Part shown: positions 42,261 through 55,818 of the stretch, one piece after another
Layout of the letters: each line of letters starts with the position of its first letter
Position numbering within the stretch: position 1 is the first letter of the stretch
Assembly (NCBI GenBank): GCA_964016885.1
Contig: OZ024743.1
Coordinates: forward strand, 359,414,001 to 359,478,000
Direction: 5' to 3'
From: Eledone cirrhosa
Lineage: Eukaryota
Length of the DNA: 64,000 bases
The notes under the pieces: generated by a model
Told to the model about the DNA's origin: nothing
The model's database searches: none
The model's input: the letters and a program-made list of their open reading frames with translations, nothing else
Translations under genes and position numbers: made by a program

Positions 42261-43838
42261 AAATATTTATTAAAATAACAGATCAAAGTTTAAGCAAAGA
42301 ATCACTGCTTTCACCCTTAACGGGATCTTCTGAAACTAACAATGTCAATCAGTAAACGCAGAAGTGGATATTTCAAAAAACGTTGCAACCGGAGGAAGAC
42401 AGGAAGACGATACTTTGGTTCGTGGAAACGTTCCCTGGCAAAGAACGGGAAAAAACGAATATAATACGTCATTAATAGGAGCGGTGAAAAACAATTACAC
42501 GCAAAGACAGGACCACGTTTATGGTATAAAAGAAGTCGTAGACTAATGTTCTCTTAGGTGGTTCAAGGAATATGACATCACTTTCAGCTTATATCAGGAG
42601 TTTAAAAGACAACCACACCCAATATAAGTTACACTGGGAGATTCTAGCTAGGGCTAGAACGTATAACGGAAATAAAAGACCATGTGACCTCTGCGCCGCT
42701 GAGGCCCTGGAAATACTCTAGGCCACAGACCACATCTTAAACAAAAGATCTGAGGCAATTTCGGCTTGTAAACATAAATTGCACAACACTTTCCTGTATT
42801 ACAGCCCCACATTATACCCTAACGGATAGTACGATCTATACGTTGATATTTTACGTCTTGATGTGGTAGCTAAGTATATGTTATGTTTATACCATTACTT
42901 ATTTGCATAGGTAAGTACATATTACCTGTATGTTTTGTGAAGGTACGTATACTTTCTCGTACGTATATTTGATTGTATATGTTATGGCGTATATTTTTAT
43001 ATATTCTGGTACATATGCTTTTGGTTATGTGTATACGGGAGTTTTGCGTCTGTGTGAGTATGCGGGTTCGTACGTATGTTGGGTGTGTGTATGTGTACTT
43101 CATGTTTTGGTTGACGTACGTCTCCGAACATTTGTGTATTTACATGTAGGTATGTGTGTGCGCTTGTTATATACGTATCTATATTTTTTATATACGTTTA
43201 TTTAATTATTCATTTATTTGTATACACGCACACACACATATTTATATGTGCGTGGTATTATATACCTATGGCAAGTGTTTTCGCGTATGCTTGTGTATGT
43301 ACGTATTTGGACGCGTGTATGTATTTATTTCATTTCAATTACCTCTGCATTGTATTTTATTTACTTTATTCTTAACTCTGAAGCGGAGAATCATTCGGTT
43401 TCCTAGTTAGAATTTTAGTCTACGACTTCACCTATACCATTTACGTGGTTTTGTCTTTGCGTGCAATTGTTCTCCCCGCTCTACGTATGACGTATTATCT
43501 TCGTTTTTTCCGTTCATTGCCAGAGAACGTCTCTATAAACGACCTAAGAGAACATTAGACTACGACTTCTTTTATACCATAAACGTGGTCCTGTCTTTGC
43601 GTGTAATTGTTTTTCACCGCTCCTATTAATGACGTATTATATTCGTTTTTTCCCATTCTTTGCCAGAGAACGTTTCCACGAACCAAAGTATCGTCTTCCT
43701 GTCTTCCTCCGGTTGCAACGTTTTTTGAAATATTCACTTCTGCGTTTACAGATTGACTTTGTTAGTTTCAGAAGATCCCGTTAAGGGTGAAAGCAGCGAT
43801 TCTTTGCTTAAACTTTAATCTGTTATTTTAATAAATAT
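42261..43838 (+). mobile_element. 5'-truncated PLE with inverted terminal arm; variant HHRs at 42287-42337 (minus) and 43764-43814 (plus)
   Basis: 42261-42559 is the near reverse complement of 43542-43838; GIY-YIG tail lies between. Confidence 0.85.
42560..42800 (+). pseudogene. PLE GIY-YIG C-terminal remnant
   Basis: TSLSAYIRSLKD..YKLHWEILARA..Y..CDLCAAEALEIL*..ILNKRSEAISACKH. Confidence 0.85.
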
Positions 43839-43899
43839 ATGTATATATATAAGTATCTATACGTACATACATATACGTATACAGACGCACAGCAGTATG

Positions 43900-43932
<33 letters not shown>

Positions 43933-44968
43933 ATACATGCACACACATATATATGTACGTATGGATTCACCGAACATTTATTATAATGCTCGGTGTGTTT
44001 GTAAACAAACATCCCGAATTAAGCCGTACAGTGTCTAGCAACCATCGTTGCTCATTTGTTCAACACTGACAAAGGAACGCTGTACTAGTTTCAAGCTTAT
44101 TAGCTATCGTCAGCAACGTATACCCTCCTGGCAGATGGTTGAACGTCTGAAAGTATATACTTTCCTTATGCATATTAATGTCTGAGCAGCCTAATTTGCA
44201 TATCGAGTTATTCGGCCGGGGTACCGAAAACTCTGACGATAGCTAACAAGCTTGAAACTAGTACAGCGTTCCTTTGTCAGAGTTGAACAAATGAGCAACG
44301 ATGGTTGCTAGACACTGTACGGCTTAATTCGGGATGTTTGTTTACAAACACACCGAGCATTAAAATAAATGTTCGGTGAATCCATACGTACATATATATG
44401 TGTGCATGTATGTATGTGTGTATATATATATATACATACTGCTGTGCATCTGTATACGTATATGTATGTACGTATACATACTTATATTTATGTAACAGCC
44501 GTACTAAGAGTGAGAAATGAGGTTTCGTTTCATTTTTCCGTTTATCGTTTTCGGTACCCCGGCCGATTAACTCACTCGATATGCAAATTAGGCTGCTCAG
44601 CCGTTAATATGCATCAGGAAAGTATTTACTTTCAGACGTTCAACCATCTGGCAGGAGGGTATACGTTGCTGACGATAGCTAATAAGCTTGAAACTAGCAC
44701 ATCGTTCCTTTGTCAGTGTTGAACAAATGAGCAACAACGGTTGCTTGACACTGTACGGCTTAATTCAGGATATTTGTTTACAAACACACCGAGCATTATA
44801 ATAAATGTTCGGTGATCCATACGTACATATATATCTCTGTGCATGTATGTGTGTATATATACTGCTGTGCGTCTGTATACGTATATGTATGTACGTATAC
44901 ATACTTATGTTTAAGTAACAGCCGTACTAAGAGTGAGAAATGAGGTTTCGTTTCATTTTTTCCGTTTA
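43839..44968. mobile_element. Retrozyme-like array, family G: inverted partial unit plus ~1.7 tandem 436-bp units
   Basis: HHRs at 44078-44118 (minus, intact), 44233-44268 and 44664-44704 (plus); cgttg CTGACGA tagct-aata-agctt GAAA ctag TA cagcg. Confidence 0.85.
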
Positions 44969-45006
44969 TATATATATATATATATATATACATACATATA
45001 TATACA

Positions 45007-45084
<78 letters not shown>

Positions 45085-45111
45085 ATATGTATGTATATAT
45101 ACATACATATA

Positions 45112-45515
45112 TGAGATGACCCCTTAGCCTTTGTCAAGGCAGAATTCTAGGAGAAGGATAACTCTGATATAACACCTGCAATCCTGATGGTATCCAATGA
45201 TGTTGACCTGTTCTTCTTTTTGGTAAATATCATCTTGGTTAAGAGAGTGGGACTGGCTTTGTGCAGTGCCTTTGCTCACTATAAAAGCTTCACAGCACAG
45301 GCATTGCTTTATATCTGGAGATCTCTCTGCACTTGTCATCACATGGTACCATGGGCCCTGCACTATGTGTCAATAATGGTCACAAGTGTAGTCTTTGTGC
45401 CAGAGTTTTCAAGTCGCTGGCTGGACTAAAGTCACATTCGTTCAGCGCATCGGTAGGGGTTCTCCTACATGGATATAAAGTAGTGGCCGTACTCGAAAAC
45501 GAGTTGGCAGCCACC

Positions 45516-45518
<3 letters not shown>
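45112..45518 (+). mobile_element. Non-autonomous RTE-derived element, 3' part
   Basis: Near reverse complement of 62253-62662; ends [17 protein letters not shown] then gtactcgaaaacgagt hairpin and TA tail. Confidence 0.7.
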
Positions 45519-45560
<42 letters not shown>

Positions 45561-45626
45561 TATATATATATATATATATATGAATATATACATGCATACA
45601 TACATATATATGTATATATATATTTC

Positions 45627-46454
45627 TTTCTTACATTTGGATTCATCTCGAAAGGTCTTTTTTCTAAGCGCTCATATATTCACCTAGCTTATGCTAACAG
45701 AATAACTATGTAGCTTGTTCCCTTCCTCTCTACGGTTAGCTTTCCTCTTTGTTGTTTACTTGTCTCACTCGCTTTACGCGTTTTAATTGTCCTAATAACT
45801 TAATTTAGTTATTATTGCACCGACGTGAGGTATATGATTTTTAATGCAATGAAATATCTATGATCGTCGGCAAATCACTGATGAGGGACTCATTTTATAA
45901 CATGTTATCCATGTGCAACCTGCAGTATTCTTCTCCCCATTTTTTCACATATATTTACCTAAACTGCGATTCTGTTCTTCTCTCTCTCTCTCTTACTGCT
46001 CCCTCGTTCTCTCTGTTTCTCCTACTTTCTTTCGCCCCCTCTGTTATGTCAGTAAACTCTTCCTCACACTTCCACTCACTCACTCACTGTTTCTCCCCTT
46101 CTCACTTCACCCCGTTCGCGACGAATACATTTTCCTTCTGTCTTACATTTGGATTCATCTCGAAAGGTCTTTTTTCTAAGCGCTCATATATTCACCTAGC
46201 TTATGCTAACAGAATAACTATGTAGCTTGTTCCCTTCCTCTCTACGGTTAGCTTTCCTCTTTGTTGTTTACTTGTCTCACTCGCTTTACGCGTTTTAATT
46301 GTCCTAATAACTTAATTTAGTTATTATTGCACCGACGTGAGGTATATGATTTTTAATGCAATGAAATACCTATGATCGTCGGCAAATCACTGATGAGGGA
46401 CTCATTTTATAACATGTTATTCATGTGCAACATGCAGTATTCTTCTCCCCATTT

Positions 46455-46460
<6 letters not shown>
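45627..46460 (+). repeat. Partial tandem repeat, period 512 bp, inserted in (TA)n
   Basis: ttacatttggattcatctcgaaagg at 45631 and 46143. Confidence 0.9.
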
Positions 46461-46528
<68 letters not shown>

Positions 46529-47205
46529 GAAAGAAGAGTAACATGGCAGGCTGTACAATAAGGGTTTTATTTAATTTAAAGTACTGACAATATTTTCGTT
46601 GATCAGATGTGTCTAGATTTCGCTAATCACATGGTGCTGTGTCAATCGATCTCCAATACATTGTTTATAACTGTTTATAACGCTACATAGTTATGAAAAC
46701 ATCTTGTTGAGTCAAACAAAGCCGTACGTTAAAACTATCCACGACCAGGAGTACTCTAACTGGATTACCTATAACGACAACTTGTTATCCCATATGTACA
46801 AAAACAAGATGGCGTAGAACAGAACAAAGGAGAGGGACAGAAAACAAAGAAAAGAATCCCCAGTCATTGAAGAGGTCACAGAATGTGTGACGAAAGAACT
46901 TTGACAATATATAAACAACCATCTGGTTGTGGAAACAACCAACCAACCGGAAATTTATAAATTCCTAAATTTATAAATTTATTATAATAAATTGAAGTGA
47001 AAGCAACTGGTGCGTGTGTTTCTTATTGGCAACATGACCCTCCCAAAGTATAACAATATCGGTTTCAACACACGTTTTCAGATAAAGAATATTGCTAAAC
47101 AAATTCAGAAACGAAACATATATATATATATATATATAAACTTCACTTTCTAATTTAATATATATATATATTTAATTAGAAAGTGAACAACACAAAATAT
47201 AACTA

Positions 47206-47273
47206 CTCCATTACCAAAGGTTTCTGGATCACAGACGAAAATAATATACGTCTGGATCGGTCGTCAGACAGAG
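47206..47273 (-). ncRNA. Type I hammerhead, family H
   Basis: Reverse complement: ctctgt CTGACGA cc-gatccagacg...cgtctgtgatc-ca GAAA cc-ttt-gg TA atggag. Confidence 0.75.
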
Positions 47274-47456
47274 ATGTTATAGATAAAAGATATGAAATGA
47301 GATTTAAAATCTGTTAAAAATTGGAAGTGAGGCTGGAAAAATAATGGGAAATATACATAAGAAAAGAAGGGTAAGAAAAATAATATACAAAAAAATATAT
47401 ATAAAAGATAAAAAATATATAGCAATATAGAAAAAGACATAAATGTACTTTCATAA

Positions 47457-47515
<59 letters not shown>

Positions 47516-47744
47516 TAGGAACGTTCCTATTACCCACTCTACTACCCTAAGTATTGAGTACTTTGGTGCGTTATGGGCCACCTGTTTCCTTACCACATTT
47601 CCTTCGTTATATATAAATATATATATATATTTATATATATATATATATATAAAATATATAAGTTAAAAAGTATATATATATATAAATATATATATACTGT
47701 GTATATATATATATATTTATATATATAATATATATATAAAAAGT

Positions 47745-47900
47745 CAGCTCAAAAGTGACACAGAGGAGACTGAGGTTAGCTGGACATGCTCACCGACATC
47801 CAGAGTTGACATTGCACTCAGTGCTCCTATGGGAGCCCCTACACTGGAAGAGGAAGACCAAGGTTAACGTATGTTGTTGCCCTAAGGACAGACACTGGTC
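47745..47900 (+). pseudogene. RTE-like LINE C-terminal fragment
   Basis: QRRLRLAGHAHRHPELTLHSVLLWEP. Confidence 0.7.
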
Positions 47901-48199
47901 TGTTGGTCTCTCTCTCTTCTTTTTTCTTCCCCAACACGTATTTTTACGCATTTAAATATTTATGTATTTATATATTTATTTATTTATGTATTTATGTATT
48001 TATTTATTTATTTCATCTTGCATTTCCTCACCTCACCCCTCCTTATACCTATATCTCGTTCCACATTCTCTTCTTTATTAAATTTAAGTTTATCATGTTA
48101 TTATTTGTGGTATATAAATATTGAGATTTGTTGTAATAAATCACTTCCAATACTGGAATTGAACCATCAAGACCGTTGAGGTATGTCATACCTCAATTC

Positions 48200-48269
48200 A
48201 TGTATTTTATCTGACGAGGACGTACTGAAAAAAGAGCACAGTACCTTCGAAATATATAAAATAAAACAT
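48200..48269 (+). ncRNA. Type I hammerhead related to family B (cleavage site possibly mutated)
   Basis: ttttat CTGACGA gga-cgtactg...cagtac-cttc GAAA tatata aa ataaaa. Confidence 0.6.
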
Positions 48270-48686
48270 ATTTTGATTATGTGAATGTCTTCATTTATTA
48301 ATATTTTGAATAATATATATATATATATATACACAAACATACATATATATATATATACACAAACGGACATACACATATACATACGCATATATATATATAC
48401 ACATACACACACATACACACACACACACACACACATAGAAATGAAAACATATACAGACATACCTACAGACATATACTTTCAACAACAAAATATTTTTACA
48501 GCTCTGTTCTATACATAGAGCACTCGTTTTTCCTTTGCCTTTACCACATTCTTTCAACAACAAAATATATCTATATATTTATATATATTTATATATTTTT
48601 AATGCTCTGTTCTATACATAGAGTACTCGTTTTTTCCTTTGCTTTCTCTTCGGAATCCTCCAACACATATATTTTTATATATATTT

Positions 48687-48747
<61 letters not shown>

Positions 48748-48995
48748 GCGTGCATGTGTGCATGTGTGTTTGTATATATATATATATATATTTATACATA
48801 CAAACACACATGCACACATGTCAAATAATTATCTTATGTTGTTTATTACATAAATAATAAGCTCTGTAGCCTACACAGAGCACTCTTTTTTCCTGTACGT
48901 TTCCGACGGAATTACTTCATTCACACACACACACACAGACACACACACACAAATATATATATATGTATGTATGTGTATGTGTTTGTGTATGTATG

Positions 48996-49069
<74 letters not shown>

Positions 49070-49085
49070 TATATAGTTATGTAAT

Positions 49086-49262
49086 AAACAACATAAGGCA
49101 ATTATTCCATTTACCAGTGGTTTCTTAAAAGCAAAAAAATTTGCTTTCAATCATCAGAATGAAAAAGTCCAGGACCAGGATTTTTCATTCTGATGATTGA
49201 AAGCAAAATTCTTTGCTTTTAAGAAACCACTTGTAAATGGAATAACTGCCTTATGTTGTTTA
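49086..49262. repeat. ~175-bp palindrome with two divergent family I hammerheads (49105-49164 minus, 49183-49242 plus)
   Basis: Minus copy: tttcatt CTGATGA ttgaaagcaaa-tttt-tttgcttttaa GAAA cca-c-tgg TA aatggaa. Confidence 0.8.
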
Positions 49263-49354
49263 TTAAATATCTATTAAGCTCTGTTACCTACATAGAGCAC
49301 TCTTTTTTCCTGGACTTTTCCGACGGAATTACTTCATTTATATATATATATATA

Positions 49355-50000
49355 AACGGAAAAAATGAAACGAAATTTCATTTCCCACTCTTAGTACGGC
49401 TGTTACTTAAATATAAGTATGTACACGTACATACATATATGTATACAGACGTACAGTAGTATGTATATATACTTCCGTTTATCGTTTTCGGTGCACCCGG
49501 CCGATTAACCCACTCATATGCAAATTGGGCTACTCAGCCGTTAATATGCATAAGGTAAGTATATACGTTCAACAACCTGCAGGAAGGTATACGTTGCTGA
49601 CGATAGCTAATAAGCTTGAAACTAGTACAGCTTTCCGTTGTCAGTGTTGAACAAACGAGCAACGATGGTTTCTAGACACTACGGCTTAATAGGGGATGTT
49701 TGTTTACAAACACACCAAGCATTATAATAAATGTTAGGTGAATCGATACGTACATATATATATGTGTGCATGTATGTATATATATATACATACTACTGTA
49801 CGTCTGTATACATATATGTATGTACGTGTACATACTTATATTTAAGTAACAGCCGTACTAAGAGTGGGAAATGAAATTTCGTTTCATTTTTTCCGTTTAT
49901 CGTTTTCGGTGCACCCGGCCGATTAACCCACATATATGCAAATTGGGCTACTCAGCCGTTAATATGCATAAGGTAAGTATATAAGTTCAACAATCTGGCA
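49355..50000. mobile_element. Retrozyme-like array, family G: inverted end plus ~1.25 units of 418 bp; HHR at 49592-49631
   Basis: ttccgtttatcgttttcggtgcacccggccg at 49473 and 49891. Confidence 0.85.
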
Positions 50001-50602
50001 TATATATATGTGTGCATGTATGTATATATATATATACATACTACTGTACGTCTGTATACATATATGTATGTACTGTACATACTTATATGTACAAATATAT
50101 ATATATATTTATTTATATATATGCGGTTGCATGCATATGTATATATGTATTTATGCGTGTGGTTATCTGCGTGTGTTCATTTGTATTTTTGCATGCTCCA
50201 AGCATGTATCTATTTGTAGTTTTGCTTATGTGATTGTATTCATGTATAACTATGCGTGTAACGTCTTCGTATCATTTCATATATATATATATGTGACATA
50301 TATACATATATGTGTATGTATGCATGTATGTGTATATATATATATGTATGTGATATATGTGAGTGTATTTATATGTCTGTATGTATGTCTGTATATGTTT
50401 TTATATGTCTGTGTGTGTGTGTATCAGTATATATACGTATGTATATGTATATGTCCGTATATTTTTATCTTTTATATATATTTTTTTATATATTATTTTT
50501 CTTACCCTTCTTTTCTTATGTATATTTCCCGTTATTTTTCCAGCCTCACTTCCAATCTTTAACAGATTTCAAATCTTATTTCATATCTTTTATCTATAAC
50601 AT

Positions 50603-50670
50603 CTCTGTCTGACGACCGATCCAGACGTATATTATTATTGTCTGGGATGCAGAAACCTTTGGTAATGGAG
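50603..50670 (+). ncRNA. Type I hammerhead, family H
   Basis: ctctgt CTGACGA cc-gatccagac...gtctgggat-gca GAAA cctttgg TA atggag; 50465-50705 is inverted relative to 47170-47410. Confidence 0.75.
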
Positions 50671-50763
50671 TAGTTATATTTTGTGTTGTTCACTTTCTAA
50701 TTAAATACCTCTGTTCTATACATAGAGCACTCTTTTTTCCTTTGCTTTTCCTTTGGAATTACC

Positions 50764-50850
<87 letters not shown>

Positions 50851-51775
50851 CTTTAACGCGTTGAAATATCCGAGACCCCCAGTAGACAACTGATGAGGAA
50901 CCGCCCTCCCCCCGTTCTTGCTTTCATCTTATTCTTATTCCTATTTTTAAGCTTACCTTCACTAGCAACTACACAGCCATCCTATTCTCCATATATATTT
51001 CATCATGTTTCGCTGTCACCCGTCTTCTCTCTCCTTCTACCTACTTATTTCTTTGCTATCTACTTTTATCCCTCTCCCTCTCTCCCTCTCACTTTCACTC
51101 ATCCTCTCTCTGCCAGTCACCTTATTGTTTCCATCGCTTGACCCTCTAGAGTCCTTTTCTCACTTACACTCGCCGGCGGGTCAGACGTGTCTTTTCGTTC
51201 GCCCACACGCTCTTGAACTTACGTTCAGCTAACGATGTGGACTTGGATTTTCTTACTTTAAGTTGCTCGCACATTCTTTGGTTTGTTATTTTTTTTCGAT
51301 GTTTTTCTCTTTTCTTCCTTTTTTTCCCTTTCCCTTCTATTTTCCTTCCCTCTTTCCTCCGTTTTCCCAATAACTTACCCAGTTATTGAACGCTCTGGGG
51401 GTAGATATATTGTCTTTAAAGCATTGAAATATCCGAGACACCCCAGTAGACAACTGATGAGGAAAACTCCCCTCACCCATTCTTGCTTTCACCTTATTCT
51501 TATTCGCTTTTTAAGCCTATATATATATATTTATATATATAAATAGTGAAAATGAGACAAAGAGAGAGGCAAAGAGTAAAGGCAATGAGAAAACGGTGCA
51601 TCCACATTATTAAAAAGAACAATAAAACGGATAGAAAGAAGACGAAAGAATTGGTCATGGTGATAGTAAACAAACACAAAAACGTAAATATCGAAAATTA
51701 CCTGGAACTGAGTGTGTGTATATATATATATATATAGAGAGAGAGAGATAGATAGATATATGTGAGTGTGTGTGT

Positions 51776-51879
<104 letters not shown>

Positions 51880-52150
51880 CGCGCGTGCGTGTGTGTGTGT
51901 ACGTGCATGCAAAAATAAACAGGGAAACAATACAGTACAATTAAGATATATATTAGTTTAACGCTTGATATAGTAGGAAAAGAGTCTTACTGTTTTGGAC
52001 GTTTGTCTTTTATCAGAAGATATAATGAAAGATACAAGAAGAAATAGAAATAGACGAGGTTAAGAAGAAAAGGAAAACAATATTTTGGACAGAAAGCGCT
52101 TGCGTGTTTAGTCAGCCACACACACACTCGCACACACACATACACACACC

Positions 52151-52196
<46 letters not shown>

Positions 52197-52863
52197 CACA
52201 TATGTATATATATTTACATATATAAATATATACATATATATATATATATATTGTACGCGTAAGCATGCGTGTGTGTATGCATCCATCTACTCAAACATAC
52301 ACATATACATATAGTGTTTCGTTTGTAGGATTTACCTCGCGATTAACAAAAAACCCGAAAGAAACAAACAATAAATACAAACAAGCGATTCTATTGGCAC
52401 TAATATTGGAAATGGGGCACAAAAACAATCATAATAATAATCTACAGTAATTGATATTTTTGTTCCAGTAGATAATCTCTTTCCTGAAATTGGTGAGATT
52501 GAAAGTTACATTTACAACAAATTATACTATAGTATTTTACAAGAAAATAGCAAGAAATTCACACACACACAACGACACACACACAGACACACAAACAGAC
52601 ACACATAGAATCTACATTCGTAGGTTTCGACGATGTGAGTTTCAGTTGATCAACGGAACAGCCTGTTTCTGAAATTATGTAGTTGAGCTTTTCATAGACT
52701 CGTGTACACTTAACGTAATACTCAGGGTGATTCAGTGTGACACAGTATGTGACAAGGCTTGCCCTTTGAATTACGAGTAAAGTCCATCCGACGGCATTCC
52801 TTTTAAACTGTTTATCGAAATTTTATTTACAAGGCATGGGTCCACCTGATGTTATGATAAATA

Positions 52864-53053
52864 ATTGTTTCTACTTTTGGCACAAGGCCAGCAATTACCC
52901 AGTACATGACTGGTACTTTATTTTATCGACCCCGTAAGGATGAAAGGCAAAGTTAACCTCGGCGGGATTTGAACTCAGAATGGAAAGGGCCGTAACTCTA
53001 TGCGTCAAAGCATGGCGTCCGACCCTCTACCGATACTGCCAATCCACCACCCT
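52864..53053 (-). mobile_element. tRNA-derived SINE, family of 6576
   Basis: Full-length reverse-complement match; TSD tgttatgataaata at 52850-52863 and 53054-53067. Confidence 0.9.
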
Positions 53054-53392
53054 TGTTATGATAAATATGTTATGATAAATAATACTTGCGCCAGATGCTA
53101 CGCAGTGGGATGGAACCCGAATTTTAATGATTGCGAATCATACTTCTAAATCCTTTGACCAGGTGTAAATATGTGCGTCCACAGACACACATATTTACAC
53201 ATGCCCATACACATACAAACATGTGCACATAAATATATGTAGCCACGCAAACACACAAAGTCAGGTAAGCACGCAAACGTACACATGAGCAGATCTTTTT
53301 CTGTCTCTTTCTCTCGCTCACAGTCTCTTTCTCTCTCTGTCTCTGTCTCTTTTTCTGTCTCTCTCACTGTATATATAACTCTCACTGTATAT

Positions 53393-54056
53393 ATAACTTT
53401 CTTATTTACGTCTTTCATATAATTGTTCTGCATCCCCTTGCATAGAACCACAAAGTTACTAAGACAAAACATATATATTTGCTAGCATACGTATGCCTCT
53501 GTATACATATGTTGGTAAATATATTAATTCTTTATAATTATCTCCAAATTATTTGTTGAGCAGAACTTGCCGAAATTACTACTGTGACTAATAGTAGTGG
53601 CTAGGCTCTGTCTTAATAACACCCCACTCCTAGCTGATTAACCTCAGTGTCACGTGATTGATTCTTTTGAATTTGCCACTTGACCAAGTAGGCAGTGAAA
53701 TTTTTCAATGTCTTGGAATCTAGTCCCCCGCTCGCTTTTTTCCATCCACTGAATTATTTTTATATAAGTTCCCAGTGTCCCCGCATTGCCTGGAAGCTTA
53801 GCTGAGAATAGACTACCTGATGACGTAAGGCTTCTCTATGGAAACGCTCCGTAACCATATTTATCCCCTTACAGAAACTGATTAGTTGGAGTGAAATTTT
53901 AGTAAGTAAGTCAATTTTCATAACTTTCTTATTTACGTCTTTCATATAATTGTTCTGCATCCCCTTGCATAGAACCACAAAGTTACTAAGACAAAACATA
54001 TATATTTGCTAGCATACGTATGCATCTGTATACATATGTTGGTAAATATACTAATT

Positions 54057-54063
<7 letters not shown>
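53393..54063 (+). repeat. ~144-bp direct duplication (53393-53536 and 53920-54063) flanking ~380 bp
   Basis: ataactttcttatttacgtctttc...taattctttata present twice. Confidence 0.9.
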
Positions 54064-54103
<40 letters not shown>

Positions 54104-54241
54104 TATAGACACATATAATTGTTACATATAATGGCAGTGCCCCAGCAACGTCTCAGGCTCTCGGCTGGAAGACGTAATAGAGTTATATAAACACATACAA
54201 TAATTAAACACACAGAAGAAAGAGAATTCATATAAGAGAGA

Positions 54242-54330
<89 letters not shown>

Positions 54331-54729
54331 TGAAAGAGAGTGAGAGAGAATATAGTGATAATCATGATAGGGGGAAAAAGATAAAATAATGAAAATTTGC
54401 TTTTGTATCCTATTCGATTCGTGTTGAATATTTTGTTATTTAGTAAATACATTCCACAAAAACGAAGTATACTGAAACACGCGGCCGGTAAACAAACACT
54501 GGTTTCTCCCTCTTGTCTTTCTCTAGAGAGTGTGTGTGTGTATGCGTGTGTGTGTGGAGATGGTGTGTGCATGTTCATGGTGGTGGTGCTTGTATTTTTA
54601 CTTTCATCTACATATGTGATATGTTTGTGTATATCTTATTGACTTCTCACCAACCTCCGTATGTCTATGTAAAAATGTATGCACACCTTCATATCGTTTT
54701 GCTTGTCACTATGTCTGTTTTAATCGTAT

Positions 54730-54880
54730 TTGGCCGTATCGGTAGAGGGTTGGACGCCATGCTTTGCAGCATAGAGTTACGGCCCTTTATGATCTAAGTT
54801 CAAATCTCGTCGAGGTTAACTTTGCCTTTCATCCTTACGGGGTCGATAAAATAAAGTACCAGTAAGTAGAAACGATTATT
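54730..54880 (+). mobile_element. tRNA-derived SINE, internally deleted
   Basis: Matches the 6576 family. Confidence 0.85.
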
Positions 54881-55601
54881 TTTTTGACTCCTCTCTAGGT
54901 AGCGGTGTTGTTACTATTCTATTCTTGCTTTCTATTGGGGCTAGCTTCCTGTTTGTTGTGCACTGCTATGTACCTATGTATCTATTCATATCTGGCATTT
55001 GTCGTCTGTCACTAGAATGCAGAATTGCTGCTATTCTATTCTTGTTTTCTATTGAATTTGGGCTTATTCTTTTTTAAAATTACTGGTGGCTTCCATAATC
55101 TGTTTGGGCATTGCGCCGGCCCTGTGAGTAGATTTCCGGAGAATTTCTTGCAGCGCTGTGTGCGTCTAGTTCCTTGCTATCATACATGTAAAACATCACT
55201 CATACTAGGTCCACTATAAAGACATTTATTTTCATGTTGTCTGAAATTTCTGAGCTTCAGTGCTTCATATATTTCAAGGTCATAGGTTTAGCGTAATGCG
55301 AATGAAAGATATGTAACTTACATATTCTAGCTTCTAGCCTGAGTTTTATGTTTCGGATGTTCAGTTGAGTAGACTGCTTTGGTGCATGGAGTTGGTATTT
55401 GCTGGATACTATCCAGGGTGTGTATCTCTCAGAGGAGATAAAAAAAAGCCTACATACTTTTGAGAATGTGACAAAATATGTGGCGAAAGAGTTTTAACAA
55501 TTAAATAAACATGCGGTCACTAAACTAATGGCTGAATGGATTAGTTACCTGACTAAAAATTAGTATTACTTTTGACACTAGGCCAATATCTGACTAATAA
55601 T

Positions 55602-55818
55602 GATTTCTAGTATAGGCACAAGGCCAGTAATTTGGGAGGAGGGGAAAGTCGATTAAATCGACCCCAGTGCGTTGCTGGTGCTTTATTTTATGAACCCCGT
55701 AAGGATGAAAGGCAAAGTTAACCTGGAGGTGATTTGAACTCAGACTGTAAAGGGCCGTAAGTCTATGCTGCAAAGCATGGTGTCCGACTCTCTACCGATA
55801 CTGCGAATCCACCGCCCT
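55602..55818 (-). mobile_element. tRNA-derived SINE, longer variant
   Basis: Matches the 6576 family; TSD atatctgaYtaataat at 55586-55601 and 55819-55834. Confidence 0.9.

Noticed and set aside
50845-51520. Duplicated agacaaCTGATGAgg motif as a hammerhead
   Set aside because: The ~110-bp direct repeat is real, but no GAAA or stem III is in position
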